NCBI GenBank assembly: GCA_965219445.1
Contig: CBDCNQ010000002.1
Coordinates: forward strand, 160,001 to 224,000
Length of the DNA stretch: 64,000 bases
From: Longimicrobiales bacterium
GTDB lineage: Bacteria; Gemmatimonadota; Gemmatimonadetes; Longimicrobiales; Gaopeijiaceae
Reading direction: 5' to 3'
Part shown: positions 52,665-63,135 of the stretch, in pieces
Layout of the letters: each line of letters opens with the position of its first letter
Numbering within the stretch: the first letter of the stretch is position 1
Translations under genes and position numbers: made by a program
Notes under the pieces: generated by a model
Seen by the model: the letters and a program-made list of their open reading frames with translations, nothing else
What the model was told of the DNA's origin: nothing
Database searches by the model: none

Positions 52665-53818
52665 CAGGACAAGCCACGCTTCCGGACTTGCTCAGTCAAA
52701 CGAAACACCTGAACTGAAATTAGGAAAACAGCTACTGAAGACCCGGTATATGTCAAGAATTGCCACCATGGCTCCTCTGGACTGGACACCGCGCGACCGC
52801 ATAGAACCGCGACGGCGATAGTTGGGAAAATGACCAAAGATGTGATCGACAATAACCGTGCTATCACATGTGACTGGAACAAAACGATCGGAAGGTTAGC
52901 TATCGCATCCTTGGTGTCCTCGGGATTCCCAGCGGAGAGGCTGAGGAGATTTGACAACAGAAACAGCATTAGGAAAATCATCCCGGGGAAAGCCAAGATC
53001 AGTGCCACCCGCTCACTTATCGAGAGACCGATGAACTGCAGGCTGTTCTCTTCTGCGGAGAGGCGCTCGGTTGCGACAGCCAGTCCCTCTCGTGGAAAAA
53101 GGTGGCGCACTTCACTCCAAACCGGTTGGAGCCTCGGGAAGACGCCGCCTGCTCCGGCGGCGAGGTCTACCAGAATAGGGTCGAAAGCGTGCGACCCGCC
53201 CCAGCCCGATCCACCTCCACTGACGGAGTCCATGACACTTGCAAGCCAGAGGCGACCCAGGTGGTTCGGAAACGGCGCCGGGATCGTATCCGAGGCGAAA
53301 ACCTCGAAACCCTGCTTACCCAGATCTTCTAATGTCTCGAATTCTACGATCCATGTGCTAAGCTGATCTCTGTGGATGCGGGCGAGCGATAGGCCGCAGG
53401 TTCCACAGGTCAGTCGCAGGGAAGCCACCGCAGCCGCAAACTCTGCTGAATCGGGGAGGATGATTGCCCAATTGGGTGCGTTGAAGAACTCCTGAAGTTG
53501 AGAAATCGTTGATTGTGGATCAAGTGGCTGAATCTCAACGAGTGGAGCGAAGTCCGGGGGTTCCTCCGTCTCAGTCGGTCGCACATCGCGATAGCGGACC
53601 AGCAAGTCGTGGACGGGTATCGCATCGCCCGCCTCAGCGAAGCTCGCCATGCGCTGCGTAACACCCTGAGAGAGGATTTCTACGAGTCCGTTCAACTCAG
53701 GGAGAGCGCTGGAGTACCGGTCTGTGTTCTTCGGCGCAAGGGCGAGTATCATCACCGCACCCGACGCCAGCGCTACTGAGCGATGAAGGACGCGGATCGT
53801 CTTGACTAGTTCTTCCAC
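52664..53818 (-). CDS. Hypothetical polytopic membrane protein
   Basis: 384-aa ORF; N-terminal TM, CGTC, three C-terminal TMs; TGATG coupling to the next gene. Confidence 0.65.
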   Translation of the reverse strand: MEELVKTIRVLHRSVALASGAVMILALAPKNTDRYSSALPELNGLVEILSQGVTQRMASFAEAGDAIPVHDLLVRYRDVRPTETEEPPDFAPLVEIQPLDPQSTISQLQEFFNAPNWAIILPDSAEFAAAVASLRLTCGTCGLSLARIHRDQLSTWIVEFETLEDLGKQGFEVFASDTIPAPFPNHLGRLWLASVMDSVSGGGSGWGGSHAFDPILVDLAAGAGGVFPRLQPVWSEVRHLFPREGLAVATERLSAEENSLQFIGLSISERVALILAFPGMIFLMLFLLSNLLSLSAGNPEDTKDAIANLPIVLFQSHVIARLLSITSLVIFPTIAVAVLCGRAVSSPEEPWWQFLTYTGSSVAVFLISVQVFRLTEQVRKRGLS

Positions 53819-54058
53819 GGGTGGACAGGTTCAGAACGAACGGACGAACGGAGTTCATCGCGCCGCCGTGTCGGAGTGTTGAGCATGCCACGCGTTCTCG
53901 GCCGAAGCGGTGCGACTTGGCATGTGCACAATCGGAATAGCCATCTTGGAACAGGAGCGCGAGTGCACAGCGCATGTGCCACCCTAGGTGTCATGACCGT
54001 GATTCCCCGAACGGCAGTGTATCCGCCCGATCGCTGGCCCGTAGGCGCGCCTGCTTTT

Positions 54059-54520
54059 TCAACACGAGGATCGATTGCCCAGCGGAGTCCGCGCCACGCC
54101 GTCCGTACGATCCAGGAATTCCCGTATGCGATCTGCAATCCCATCTCCCGCCGCAACGTCACACTCCCAAACCACTAGAACGCTCCAGCCCAACTCCGCA
54201 AGCCGCGCTTGGTGCTTAACATCGCGGGTGACGTTGTGTTCCAACTTCGGCAGCCAGTAGTGCTGGTTTGACTTCGGGCGGCGAGCGATATTGCAGGTAG
54301 GATCGGGGTGCTGGTGCCAGAAACAACCGTGTACGAAGATCACTTTCCGCCGACCTAGAAATACCAAGTCGGGTTTTCCTGGAAGATCGTTGCGATGCAG
54401 CCGATAGCGGTAACCCATTGCATGGACAAGCCGACGCACGGCCATCTCGGGTTTCATACCCTTGGCTCGGATGTTGGACATGATCTCGCTGCGGCGCTGC
54501 GGAGTGACGGTGTCGGCCAT
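54059..54520 (-). CDS. vsr: Very-short-patch repair endonuclease
   Basis: RSEIMS.I, KPE, LPGKPD, FVHGCFWH, VWEC. Confidence 0.93.
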   Translation of the reverse strand: MADTVTPQRRSEIMSNIRAKGMKPEMAVRRLVHAMGYRYRLHRNDLPGKPDLVFLGRRKVIFVHGCFWHQHPDPTCNIARRPKSNQHYWLPKLEHNVTRDVKHQARLAELGWSVLVVWECDVAAGDGIADRIREFLDRTDGVARTPLGNRSSC

Positions 54521-54671
54521 CAGGATTCCTGACCACGAGCGGGTTGCACCGATAGGCCGGTCGACGCCCTCGTCCGGTCGCACCGCTCCGGCTGCGCTGC
54601 ATTCATAACGCATTGCACATGGCGATGACTCGGGTGGCGCCGTCCGAACGCGGCATTGGCTGCTCCTAAAC

Positions 54672-55532
54672 CTAGATCACGAGATCAAGGGGAAGGTCGG
54701 AGATGTCTCGGAGCCGTTTGCCCTGAGTCATGGTCTCCAGCATTTCTTCGGCGTCGGCGAAACCGAGATCTCTGACGGTATCCTCTAGTTCGGGTAGAGC
54801 AAAGTGATAGACGCAATCAATGTCGCCCGTTCCAAGCGCGATTGAGGCTATGCGGTTTGGTGTCGGTTCGCCGGTTACAACGGCAACGTGAGGAAGACGG
54901 CCCTTGCGGTTCCGCACCAAGTTCAACGCTTCGGAGCGCGCGTTCTGCGCGCGATCGCTACGGATCGTCCATTTGCACGACACGCTGGCATGAAGAATTG
55001 GCATCCTGCTGTTCACCTGCCGCAAGGGAGTGCGGCGTGCTTGCATGTTGTCCACCAGCAGTCCGCCGGTGTTGATGGTCCTATCGGTCTCGGGAAATCG
55101 GATGACTACCACATCGGGCTTGATGAGATAGTCGCCTCCAAGGGCAGCGGCCAGTTCGCGGTTGGCCTTGGCGGCGGCCTCCAGTGCAGCCAAGTGCTCG
55201 TATTGGTCGTATTGTGCGATGGCTGCGCGTCCGCCGATACCCTTGCTGACCTCCCAATGGCCAGGACGGAGATGAGCGAGGCGGGGAAAAGTGTGCTCCA
55301 GATACTGCTTGCAGATTTCCTCGAACTGACTGCCGGCCATCTGTCCGGCCAAGCGCCCACCGGCGGCTCTAGGCCCAAGGCGTTCAAGGATACCACGAGC
55401 AATGCTGACGCTTTGTCTGCTGTGTTTATCCGCGTTGCTCGGGATGCCCCTTGAGTCAGTGCGAAGCACGGTGGCCAAAAGGGCGTTGTGGAAACTCCGG
55501 CGGGCCTCGGAGAAAAAAACCTCGGCGGTCAT
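54672..55532 (-). CDS. NgoMIV-family type II restriction endonuclease
   Basis: SNAD, AGQ..G..FE, QYEHL, DYLIKPD, SCKWTIRSDRAQNARSE. Confidence 0.88.
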   Translation of the reverse strand: MTAEVFFSEARRSFHNALLATVLRTDSRGIPSNADKHSRQSVSIARGILERLGPRAAGGRLAGQMAGSQFEEICKQYLEHTFPRLAHLRPGHWEVSKGIGGRAAIAQYDQYEHLAALEAAAKANRELAAALGGDYLIKPDVVVIRFPETDRTINTGGLLVDNMQARRTPLRQVNSRMPILHASVSCKWTIRSDRAQNARSEALNLVRNRKGRLPHVAVVTGEPTPNRIASIALGTGDIDCVYHFALPELEDTVRDLGFADAEEMLETMTQGKRLRDISDLPLDLVI

Positions 55533-56512
55533 CCGGCGATCTTCATGACCTGTACAGAACGGGGCACAGCAAGGCAGTGGTGAATCTTCCCTGCGACGGC
55601 GCGCGCTACAGGAGGAGGGAAGGCGTTGCCAACTTGGCGGTACGAAGCGGTCTTGCGGCCCGAGAATTTCCAGTCGTCAGGGAAGCCTTGAAGACGGGCC
55701 ACCATGCGAACGGTGAGGCGGGGCATCCCGACGAAGTCACGGGCGGGTGGTTCGTCAGCGATGCCAAGGCCATCAACTCCTAGTGTCGCCCATGCCTTCC
55801 TGGCACGGGTCGGCCCCAGGTCTGGACCACCGTGTTTCAGCGAACCGCCGACGATCGTGGGGGCGATATCGTCAGCGCGCTTCTTCCATGCAGGCGCGCC
55901 CTTCCATCGGCGTTCAGTGATAAGATCATAGAGGGTATCACCGACTGTTGGCGCGTTACGGCCCGTGCCAGTCGGCCAAGAGAAATGATGGGCAATGTTC
56001 TTGCGCAATGCGACTATCACCACGCGCGGCCGGAGTTGCGGCACGCCAAAGTCGGAAGCGTTGAAGAGGTGCCATTCGGCGTGGTAGCCCATCTTCTCGA
56101 ATCGGGCCTTGAGCCGCTGCCGAAAGTCTTCGAATACTGCGCCGAGGATGCCCCGGACGTTTTCGAGCATGACCGCGCGGGGTTGCGTAATATCGACAAG
56201 ATCAAGGGCGACTGGGAACAGGTTGCGCTCGTCCCGATCGCCGAGCTGCTTGCCAGCTATTGAGAACGGTGGACACGGAAGGCCACCCGCCAGTAACTCA
56301 ATGCCTCTGAAGGATTCCCCGTCGAGGTGAACGAAGTCGCGCAGATCCTTCTCGAACACCTGCCATGCAGGCCGGTTGAGCCTCAGTGTATTGCAATAGT
56401 GGCGCTCGATCTCGACGAGCCCTTCGTGTCCGAACCCGGCTTGCTCCAGGCCGAGTGCCTGGCCGCCGCCTCCAGCGCAAATCTCCAATGAGCTGATCGA
56501 GGTCCCAATCAT
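55529..56512 (-). CDS. C5-cytosine DNA methyltransferase (M.NgoMIV/M.NaeI-like)
   Basis: CAGGGG, GGLPCPPFS, ENVRG, PQLRPR, GGSLKHGGPDLGPTRA, QVGNAFPP. Confidence 0.93.
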   Translation of the reverse strand: MIGTSISSLEICAGGGGQALGLEQAGFGHEGLVEIERHYCNTLRLNRPAWQVFEKDLRDFVHLDGESFRGIELLAGGLPCPPFSIAGKQLGDRDERNLFPVALDLVDITQPRAVMLENVRGILGAVFEDFRQRLKARFEKMGYHAEWHLFNASDFGVPQLRPRVVIVALRKNIAHHFSWPTGTGRNAPTVGDTLYDLITERRWKGAPAWKKRADDIAPTIVGGSLKHGGPDLGPTRARKAWATLGVDGLGIADEPPARDFVGMPRLTVRMVARLQGFPDDWKFSGRKTASYRQVGNAFPPPVARAVAGKIHHCLAVPRSVQVMKIAG

Positions 56513-56709
56513 GTTCGGTTCCCCGTGCGGGAGATCCTGCCAAGATCGAGCGGGAGCTGCAAATCCCGGTCGCGGTAGCGGTCGAGAAACTCAATGAGCG
56601 CTTGGCGGCCGATCCAAGCCTTCGAAACGCGGCTGGTTTCCGCCAAGGCGGCAACCTCCCGGTGTTCTTCCGGGGTTAGGTTGAGCGACAGGCGATGTTT
56701 CGACGGCAT
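56509..56709 (-). CDS. Ribbon-helix-helix (CopG-like) regulator heading the R-M operon
   Basis: RLSLNL..E...LA...VSKAWI.RQAL; ATGA overlap with the MTase. Confidence 0.7.
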   Translation of the reverse strand: MPSKHRLSLNLTPEEHREVAALAETSRVSKAWIGRQALIEFLDRYRDRDLQLPLDLGRISRTGNRT

Positions 56710-57458
56710 GGCAGTGTGAGGCAGAGTGGGCCGTTCGTACGCATGGTGCAGCACCGCTACGCACATTAGCGGGGAAGGTGCGATCTGTCAATTCTCTTGC
56801 GATTCTGGTGATCCGCACGGATCGAAGCTGTCACCTGCCGCGAGACCAGTAGCTGGCTCCCCCTGCTAGTCCAGGGTCAATCGGACCGACCACCTGCTCC
56901 ACACACGTCTTCCACGGTCTAGTGGATTCTCGATCAGATTTGTATACCCGAAATGGTACGTGAATCACACGGCTCTAAGCTAACTCATTTCATAACAACC
57001 AGATAGAGTCATGCGTTCCTAGTCCTCGGCGAACAGGCTCCCCTCGAAGGGCCGGACGATCGTCATCCGTAACCTCCCAAGCCCAATAGCCCCGAGTCAG
57101 CTTGGCCCAGCAGTGCAGTCCTAACTATCGTCGAATCCCCCTCTGCAGTTGATCCGGCCCGTGCATCCAAACTTAGCTCCCGCCGCGCTGGAGCGCGCCT
57201 CGTCGAAAGCCCACCAGAGCCCACAAGCGAAGCGTGCTTCCGCTCGTCGGGAAGCTGACGGAGGTGCCGTCGCCGGAGGCTGATCCGACTCCGGGACGGC
57301 GCTGGAACCCTTGGGAAACCGTCTTGATTCAGGCGGTTGACACCGCCCGAACGGAGCCTCTCCGTGTACGGTATGGAGATTTCGTCGTCCCGAGATTCCT
57401 GCCCCCGGAGCCCGTCAGGCGCGCTTGCAGGGGAGCTGTCTAGCACCCTTAGGGTGCG

Positions 57459-57539
57459 TAAGCCAGCATACCCTTTGTACCCACAAAGGGGCTGGCGAGG
57501 GGCTCCGCCCCTTCGATCCCGAAGGACGCCCGCGCTCCG
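57459..57539 (-). other. ColE1-like oriT, copy 2
   Basis: GGGTATGCTGGCTTA resembles the ColE1 nic region GTGTATACTGGCTTA. Confidence 0.65.
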
Positions 57540-58232
57540 GCGGAGTGCGCGGGCGGGGGGCTCGCCCCCCGAACCCCCGTGGCGGTGCGCTGATGGCTGA
57601 TCGCCGCCTTGATTCTAGTTCTTTACCGACCGAGGGGGGCGTCTAGGCCCTGCCGCTGTGTGGATGGGTGGGTGCACGGCCCCAACGCGCCCAGAAGCGA
57701 AGCTAGGCCCCTCTAGCGTGCGTCGATGGCGAGGGGATCCGGGAGCAGTAGCAACGTCCCCAACCACCACCGCACGACCAACGCATCCCGTGAATCTTTT
57801 TGGTGTGTTGGTTGTGTTGGAGGCCGACGGGCCTGACGACCCAGTCTATCTTGGCGTCTCTCGAACGGCTGCGTATCAGGCACCTAGCTCTGCGTAGTAG
57901 TCCAGACCGAGATGAATCTTTTGTGTCATGTGAGCCACCGCATGCAGATCATGGAGCACGTGGTAGCCACCGTCCTCAGGATAAGGCGAGCCAGCGCGCT
58001 TCCACGTCTCTCTCACGTTGATCCTAGCTCGCCTTGCGGAGCGCAGGGGTAAATGCGGGATCGTCCATCTCGCCGGTATCGACCCCGGCAGCGTGGCTGA
58101 TGGCGGACATGGCTTGGGCGCTGACGACGAAGAAACAGATCTACCGGGCTCACGCCACTGCCTGACGCGGCGGCAGGAGGTAGGAAGCTGTAGGGGATCT
58201 GGGCGGGACGAAGAACGAGTGAGGACAAACGA

Positions 58233-58940
58233 TCAACGATAGGGGATCGGGGAACCCGGCATCTTCCGTATTAGTTCTTCGAACCGGTCAAGGAAGTGTG
58301 TGTCGTACTGTCGTGCCACATGTTTCACATTCCAAAGTCCGCTCATTCGGATTTCGTTCTTGGAACTGTGGACACCCAGCCATTCGCTATTGGGCCGGTC
58401 CATCGGACTGAGCTCGTTGGAGAGTAACGCTATAGCATTCTGCTCAACGTAAGCACGTGCACTGCGTGGACCCGGGTCGTCGGGTACGGCCAGCCACAGT
58501 ATCGACAACCCCACGATGTACTCGGACACCAGGCGTTCGTGAGGAACTTCCGCGTTCCTCACGTCGCGCGCGGCCGATCGGCCGATACCCCATTTTGGCA
58601 CGGCAGCGGCGCCTCCATCCCTTTGGAGCAGCGCTAACCCCACATGGAGCCGGAAAACGGATCCGCGGTGGTTCCCTCGTCCGTCCTTCCCGCCACGGTG
58701 CGCCCGCAACCGGGGCCACAGCTTGGACGTGGCGTTCGCGCTCACGGCGTGGGTCCCTACCCTGATAACACGCGACATCTCTGGGTGCCCGGTTCGCTGT
58801 TGACCCGGATCACGGAAGAAGTACACGCCGCGATCCGGCCAAGCCGATCTACCCGTGTATTCACCGAGCCGCCGACCTTGACCCGGCAGCGTTGCCAGGA
58901 TGCCAACGAGTTCGTAGAACCGGTCTACGTCTGAGGTCAT
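58233..58940 (-). CDS. Hypothetical protein, GIY-YIG-like
   Basis: GVYFF..RVG..L..RL..H..S.FR..E pattern. Confidence 0.55.
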   Translation of the reverse strand: MTSDVDRFYELVGILATLPGQGRRLGEYTGRSAWPDRGVYFFRDPGQQRTGHPEMSRVIRVGTHAVSANATSKLWPRLRAHRGGKDGRGNHRGSVFRLHVGLALLQRDGGAAAVPKWGIGRSAARDVRNAEVPHERLVSEYIVGLSILWLAVPDDPGPRSARAYVEQNAIALLSNELSPMDRPNSEWLGVHSSKNEIRMSGLWNVKHVARQYDTHFLDRFEELIRKMPGSPIPYR

Positions 58941-59404
58941 TCCCCGAGCAGGCCTTGGATCTTCAAATGCTGAAGTTGTTTCCCGAAGGAGAGGCCCTCG
59001 AGCGGAATGGTAACAGAGAAACCACGGTCGCGGAGAAAAGGAACGAGGTTTTCCCGGTAGCGTACACCGGCCAGGATGACCACCTCGGCCCCGAGTGGCA
59101 GAACCTCAAGTAGTTGTCGTTGGACCAGCGTTGCCCATTGTAGCCTCTCGGCCTTACCGAGCCGATTGAGCGTCCTCTCATACGGCTCAAGTACCTGGGC
59201 TGGGGGAATCAACCCATGTTGTGCGGAAAGGACGAACCAGGTGTCTGCGTTCTTCTCGGCGTACCGGCGCAGCCCGCGGAACAATGGCGACGTGTACAGG
59301 TCGCGGGCCGCTGCGGGGGCCGCACTCTTGGACTTGACGCATGAGACGAGTGCTACTCGCATGGATCGATCACTTCTTGCTGACGATGATATCCGCTCAT
59401 TCAT
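58937..59404 (-). CDS. DUF6884-like protein
   Basis: LVSCVKSK..AARDLYTSPLF, VLSAQHGL, PYE.TL, LAG.RY, PLEGL.FGKQ. Confidence 0.75.
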   Translation of the reverse strand: MNERISSSARSDRSMRVALVSCVKSKSAAPAAARDLYTSPLFRGLRRYAEKNADTWFVLSAQHGLIPPAQVLEPYERTLNRLGKAERLQWATLVQRQLLEVLPLGAEVVILAGVRYRENLVPFLRDRGFSVTIPLEGLSFGKQLQHLKIQGLLGE

Positions 59405-59429
59405 TGGTGCTTTCTTCCTTTCACATTGT

Positions 59430-60365
59430 ACGCCACCGCTTCTCGGCCACCAAGAGCAACTTCCAGATCAGCGCCGTAGCGCTCTCGACCCGCTTGAATC
59501 GCTTCGCCGCCGTCGTCCTGAGCCGTAGCGCAGCGAACGGGCTCTCGACCACGTTCGTCGTGCGTAGATGCTTCCAGTGATCCTCGGGGAAGTCGTAGAA
59601 CGCCACCATCCGCTCCCAGTCGTCCTCGAGTACGTCCACCGCCTTCGGATACCACGGCCTGTAGCGCCTGGCGAACACTTCGCGGGCCTTCACAGCCTCG
59701 GCCCGGCTCGGTGCGTAGACCACGGCCCTGAGAAGATCCTTCGCCTCGCTCTGCTCCCGCTGCGGCAGCCGGTCCAGCACGTTCCTCATCTTGTGGTTCC
59801 AGCACCGTTGCTCGCCCGCCTCAGGCCATACCTGCCGTACTGCGCCCCAGATCGCCGCGTTACCGTCCGCCATCAGAAGCCGGGGCGCCTCGATGCCGCG
59901 TGCCTTCAGATCCCGCAACACCTCGGACCAGGACTCGACCGACTCTCGGTAGCCCGATCTCAGGGCCAACACCTCCTTCGTCCCGTCTCGCATCGCGCCC
60001 AGCACCACCAGCAGCGCCGCCTTGTCCCGCTCGAGCCCTGCCTTCACGTAGATCCCGTCCGCCCATACGTAGACGACCTTCACGGCCCTCCAGGCGACGC
60101 TGGCTCCATTCCTCGAACTCCCTTGTCCATCCCGCCCGCAGTCTCCGAATCGAAGACTTCGACAGCGGTGCCCCCTCGCCTAGCAGTCCCCGCATCGCCA
60201 GCTCGAAGTCTCCCTCTGCCAGTCCGTGCAGATACAGCTCCGGAAGCAGAGCGCCCAGCTCCTTCGTCCGCCTCGCGAACAACGGCAGCACCCGACTCTC
60301 GAACCGCTCCTCGACGCCCCGAACCCGAGGGCGTCGGAGTGTGATCGTGCCCGAGCTCATCGCCG
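59430..60365 (-). pseudogene. Truncated, frameshifted IS256 transposase (relative of 24925-26169)
   Basis: Near-identical peptide; extra base near 60081; both ends and TIRs missing. Confidence 0.9.
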
Positions 60366-60559
60366 CGTGCTGGGCATTTTCAGCAGCACGGTGGGTCCTG
60401 ATCCTCCCGGATCTACGGCCCGTGGTCCGTGGCAGCCGCCCGTCCGTGGGTCCGTGGTCCGCGGGTTTCTGTCCTAAACCCAACGGGTAGCACGATTTGC
60501 GATCTTCGCACACACCCAGTGATACACGTCTCCCGCAAGGTACTGCAAGCCGTTGTCCC

Positions 60560-61045
60560 ATCGGGATTTGCGAATACTGATCCCGGCTTCCCGCCAAGCT
60601 GCCGGTCGCGCTGGACGCTGGCCGCGCCGTCTTCGTGTACGTCGATCCGGGGCACCAGACCTCCACGGCGCTCCGCTCTTGGGGCGCGGCCCACCACGGC
60701 CTCTGGAAGGCTCTGAGAAAGCGGTGCAGATCCGTCGAGGTCGTGGCCGTCGTCCGCAGCGTGAGGGAGCTGCAGCGCGCCGGGACGATCCTCGAGAACT
60801 GGATCGGTGCCCGCACGTCCGACTCCTCCGGCCCGTCCGATCAAACAGCCCGCCGCGAGATCGCCCGGATCGAGCGGGCCATCCTCGAGGGGGACGACCG
60901 CGCGCTGAAGGAGTACGGGGATCTCCAGGCCGGCCTCGAGCGGATCGTCGAGCTGAAAGAGCTCCAGCGGATCTCGAGGTCCCTAGCGCCGATCGATTGC
61001 TTCGCTACGTGGCGCTCGAGCCGGCTCCCCGGAGGGTGGTCATGA
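60560..61045 (+). pseudogene. 3' part of a paralogue of 31540-32430
   Basis: YVDPGH.T.TALRSWGAAH, ARREIARIERAI, FATWRS.RLPGG shared. Confidence 0.75.
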
Positions 61046-61222
61046 ACGCCGATCGGCGAGGGTCCGTGCCGATCGGGAAGCGCACATCAGACAATCGTGC
61101 GTGTGTGCGCCGGGACGCTGTTCCCCGGCAAACACACGCTCCTTCTCATGTGGTTGACTGTCTTGCGGTTACGGGCTGGCCGCACGCGCGGCCGCCCAGC
61201 CCCGAGGGGCTCGGGGCAAAGA

Positions 61223-61664
61223 GGGAGCGACCCCCCGATTTGGGATGCCTCGATCGGCATCGCGGAGGATTGGCATGTGCACGCCCATGCCACCCTCCGC
61301 CGGGGGGTCGCTCCCTACCATTGATCCCTGCGGGAAGGCGGTTGGCCGCCGCTTCGACGGCGGCGATTCATCCGCGCGACGACCGCTCGTCCGTCGAGCC
61401 GAGGAGCATCGGGCGGCGCCCGCGGCACCGTTCCCGGGCACGGCACGGGAAAACGGGCCGACAACAACGGACGCCGGGACGAGCGGGCTGGACGGTCCTT
61501 GGCATTCCCTCGCGCAGTAGTCCGTCTTCTCGAAGCGGCGGTCGATGGCCTTCCTGCAAGGACTGCTGGCTGGGAGCGACCCCGCAGCGGAGGGGACGAT
61601 GGGGATGCACATCGCCATCCTCCCCGATGCCGATCGAGGCATGCCGAGATGGGGGGTCGCTCCC
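61223..61664. repeat. Two 93-bp units in inverted orientation (61223-61315, 61572-61664)
   Basis: Each unit is bounded by GGGAGCGACCCC...GGGGTCGCTCCC; shared core ATGCCTCGATCGGCATCG. Confidence 0.8.
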
Positions 61665-61971
61665 ATCCACGGCCAAGGAACGCGGATCGGCATCGGCGTT
61701 CCGCTGGCCGTGGTGCAACCGCAAGCGCGCAAGCGACATGGGGCGGCGGCGGCGTGTCCCATCGCAGGCGCGATTTCGTGTCCGGCCACCCCCAAAGTGC
61801 CATGGGCACTCGTGGATCGGCATCGGGCGCACCGATTCGGGTCCGGGCCAACGCCTTCCGAGCGGCTGAACAGGGCGCAGGGCCGGCCGAGCAGCGCCTG
61901 GCGGAGAAGCCCCGCCGACGCGACGTTTCAAACGCGCAGATCGTGCAGTCCATCATCGAAAAAGGAATCGA

Positions 61972-63135
61972 ATGATGGCACGCACGAAACGAGTTCGGCG
62001 CAGCTATGGCGCCGGCGAATGGGGCCGGAACCGGGTGAGGGTCTTTCCCGATCCCAAGACCGGCTTGTTCCAGATCGAGTGGCGCGAGAACGGGCGCAGG
62101 CTCACGAGGTCGCTGAAGCACCGCGACTGGAGGTCGGCGAAGCGGCAGGCCGACGAGTTCGCCGCGGGCTTCGCCGGGCCGGAGCTGAACGGCAAGAAGA
62201 ACGCCGAGCCCGAGCCGCTCACGCTGAAGACGCTTTTTGACATCTACGGTGAAGAGGTGACGCCCACCAAGGCCGAGGGGACACAGCAGAGCGACAGGAC
62301 CGCGACCGGGATGTTCCTCCAGTTCTTCGGCAGGGACCGCGACCCGTCCACACTCTCCCAGCGCGACTGGGACCGGTTCATCCGGGAGCGGCGCGCGGGA
62401 AGGATCGGCATCTCGGGCAAGCCCGTGTCCAATCGGACGATCGAATGGGACCTGACGTTCCTGATGGCCGTGCTCAACTGGGCGGCGAGGTCGAGGGACG
62501 AGCGGGGCCGCCTGCTCCTTGACCGGAACCCGCTGAAGGGCCTCAGGAAGCCTATGGAGAAGAACCCCACCCGGGTCGTCCTCACCGAACAGGAGTACCA
62601 GGCGTTGTTGAGGGTGTCCCGGGAGGTGGACTGGCGGTTCCATGTCGCGCTCGTGCTCGCGCACGAGACCGGGCACCGCATCGGTGCCATCCGCAAGCTC
62701 CGGTGGTCCGATATCGACTCCGAGGGCGAAGCGGTGCGGTGGCGGGCGAAGCACGAGAAGACGGGCTACGAGCACACCACGCCCGTGACCGACGAGGCGT
62801 TGGCCGCTTTGGAGGAAGCGCGAGCGATGAGCGCCGGGACCGGGGACGGGCCGGTGCTGCCCGCCCCGACGGATGCCTCGCGGTGCGTGGGCCGGTCGCT
62901 GCCGAGCTTCTGGTGGCAGAGAGCCCAGAAGCTCGCGGCGCTGGAACCGAAGCGGGGCCGAGGCTGGCACTCGCTGAGGCGGAAATTCGCGTCCGACCTC
63001 ATGGACCAGCCGCTCAAGGTGCTGTGCGAACTCGGCGGCTGGAAGACGGCCAAGACCGTCCTCCAGTGCTATCAGAGAGCCGACGAGGGACAGCTGAGGC
63101 AGGCGCTCGCGGACCGCCGGAGAGTTCGGGCCTGA
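61972..63135 (+). CDS. Tyrosine integrase
   Basis: ETGHR, HSLRR, LGGWK, CYQ; AAGGA RBS. Confidence 0.9.
   Translation: MMARTKRVRRSYGAGEWGRNRVRVFPDPKTGLFQIEWRENGRRLTRSLKHRDWRSAKRQADEFAAGFAGPELNGKKNAEPEPLTLKTLFDIYGEEVTPTKAEGTQQSDRTATGMFLQFFGRDRDPSTLSQRDWDRFIRERRAGRIGISGKPVSNRTIEWDLTFLMAVLNWAARSRDERGRLLLDRNPLKGLRKPMEKNPTRVVLTEQEYQALLRVSREVDWRFHVALVLAHETGHRIGAIRKLRWSDIDSEGEAVRWRAKHEKTGYEHTTPVTDEALAALEEARAMSAGTGDGPVLPAPTDASRCVGRSLPSFWWQRAQKLAALEPKRGRGWHSLRRKFASDLMDQPLKVLCELGGWKTAKTVLQCYQRADEGQLRQALADRRRVRA

Noticed and set aside
40600..60100. Single-base frameshifts (about 40640, 43560, 46085, 49010, 60081) as programmed recoding
   Set aside because: No slippery or stimulatory signals seen; decay or sequencing error is more likely and needs reads to separate
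17393..63135. Prophage or complete ICE
   Set aside because: No capsid, terminase, tail, T4SS or relaxase genes recognised
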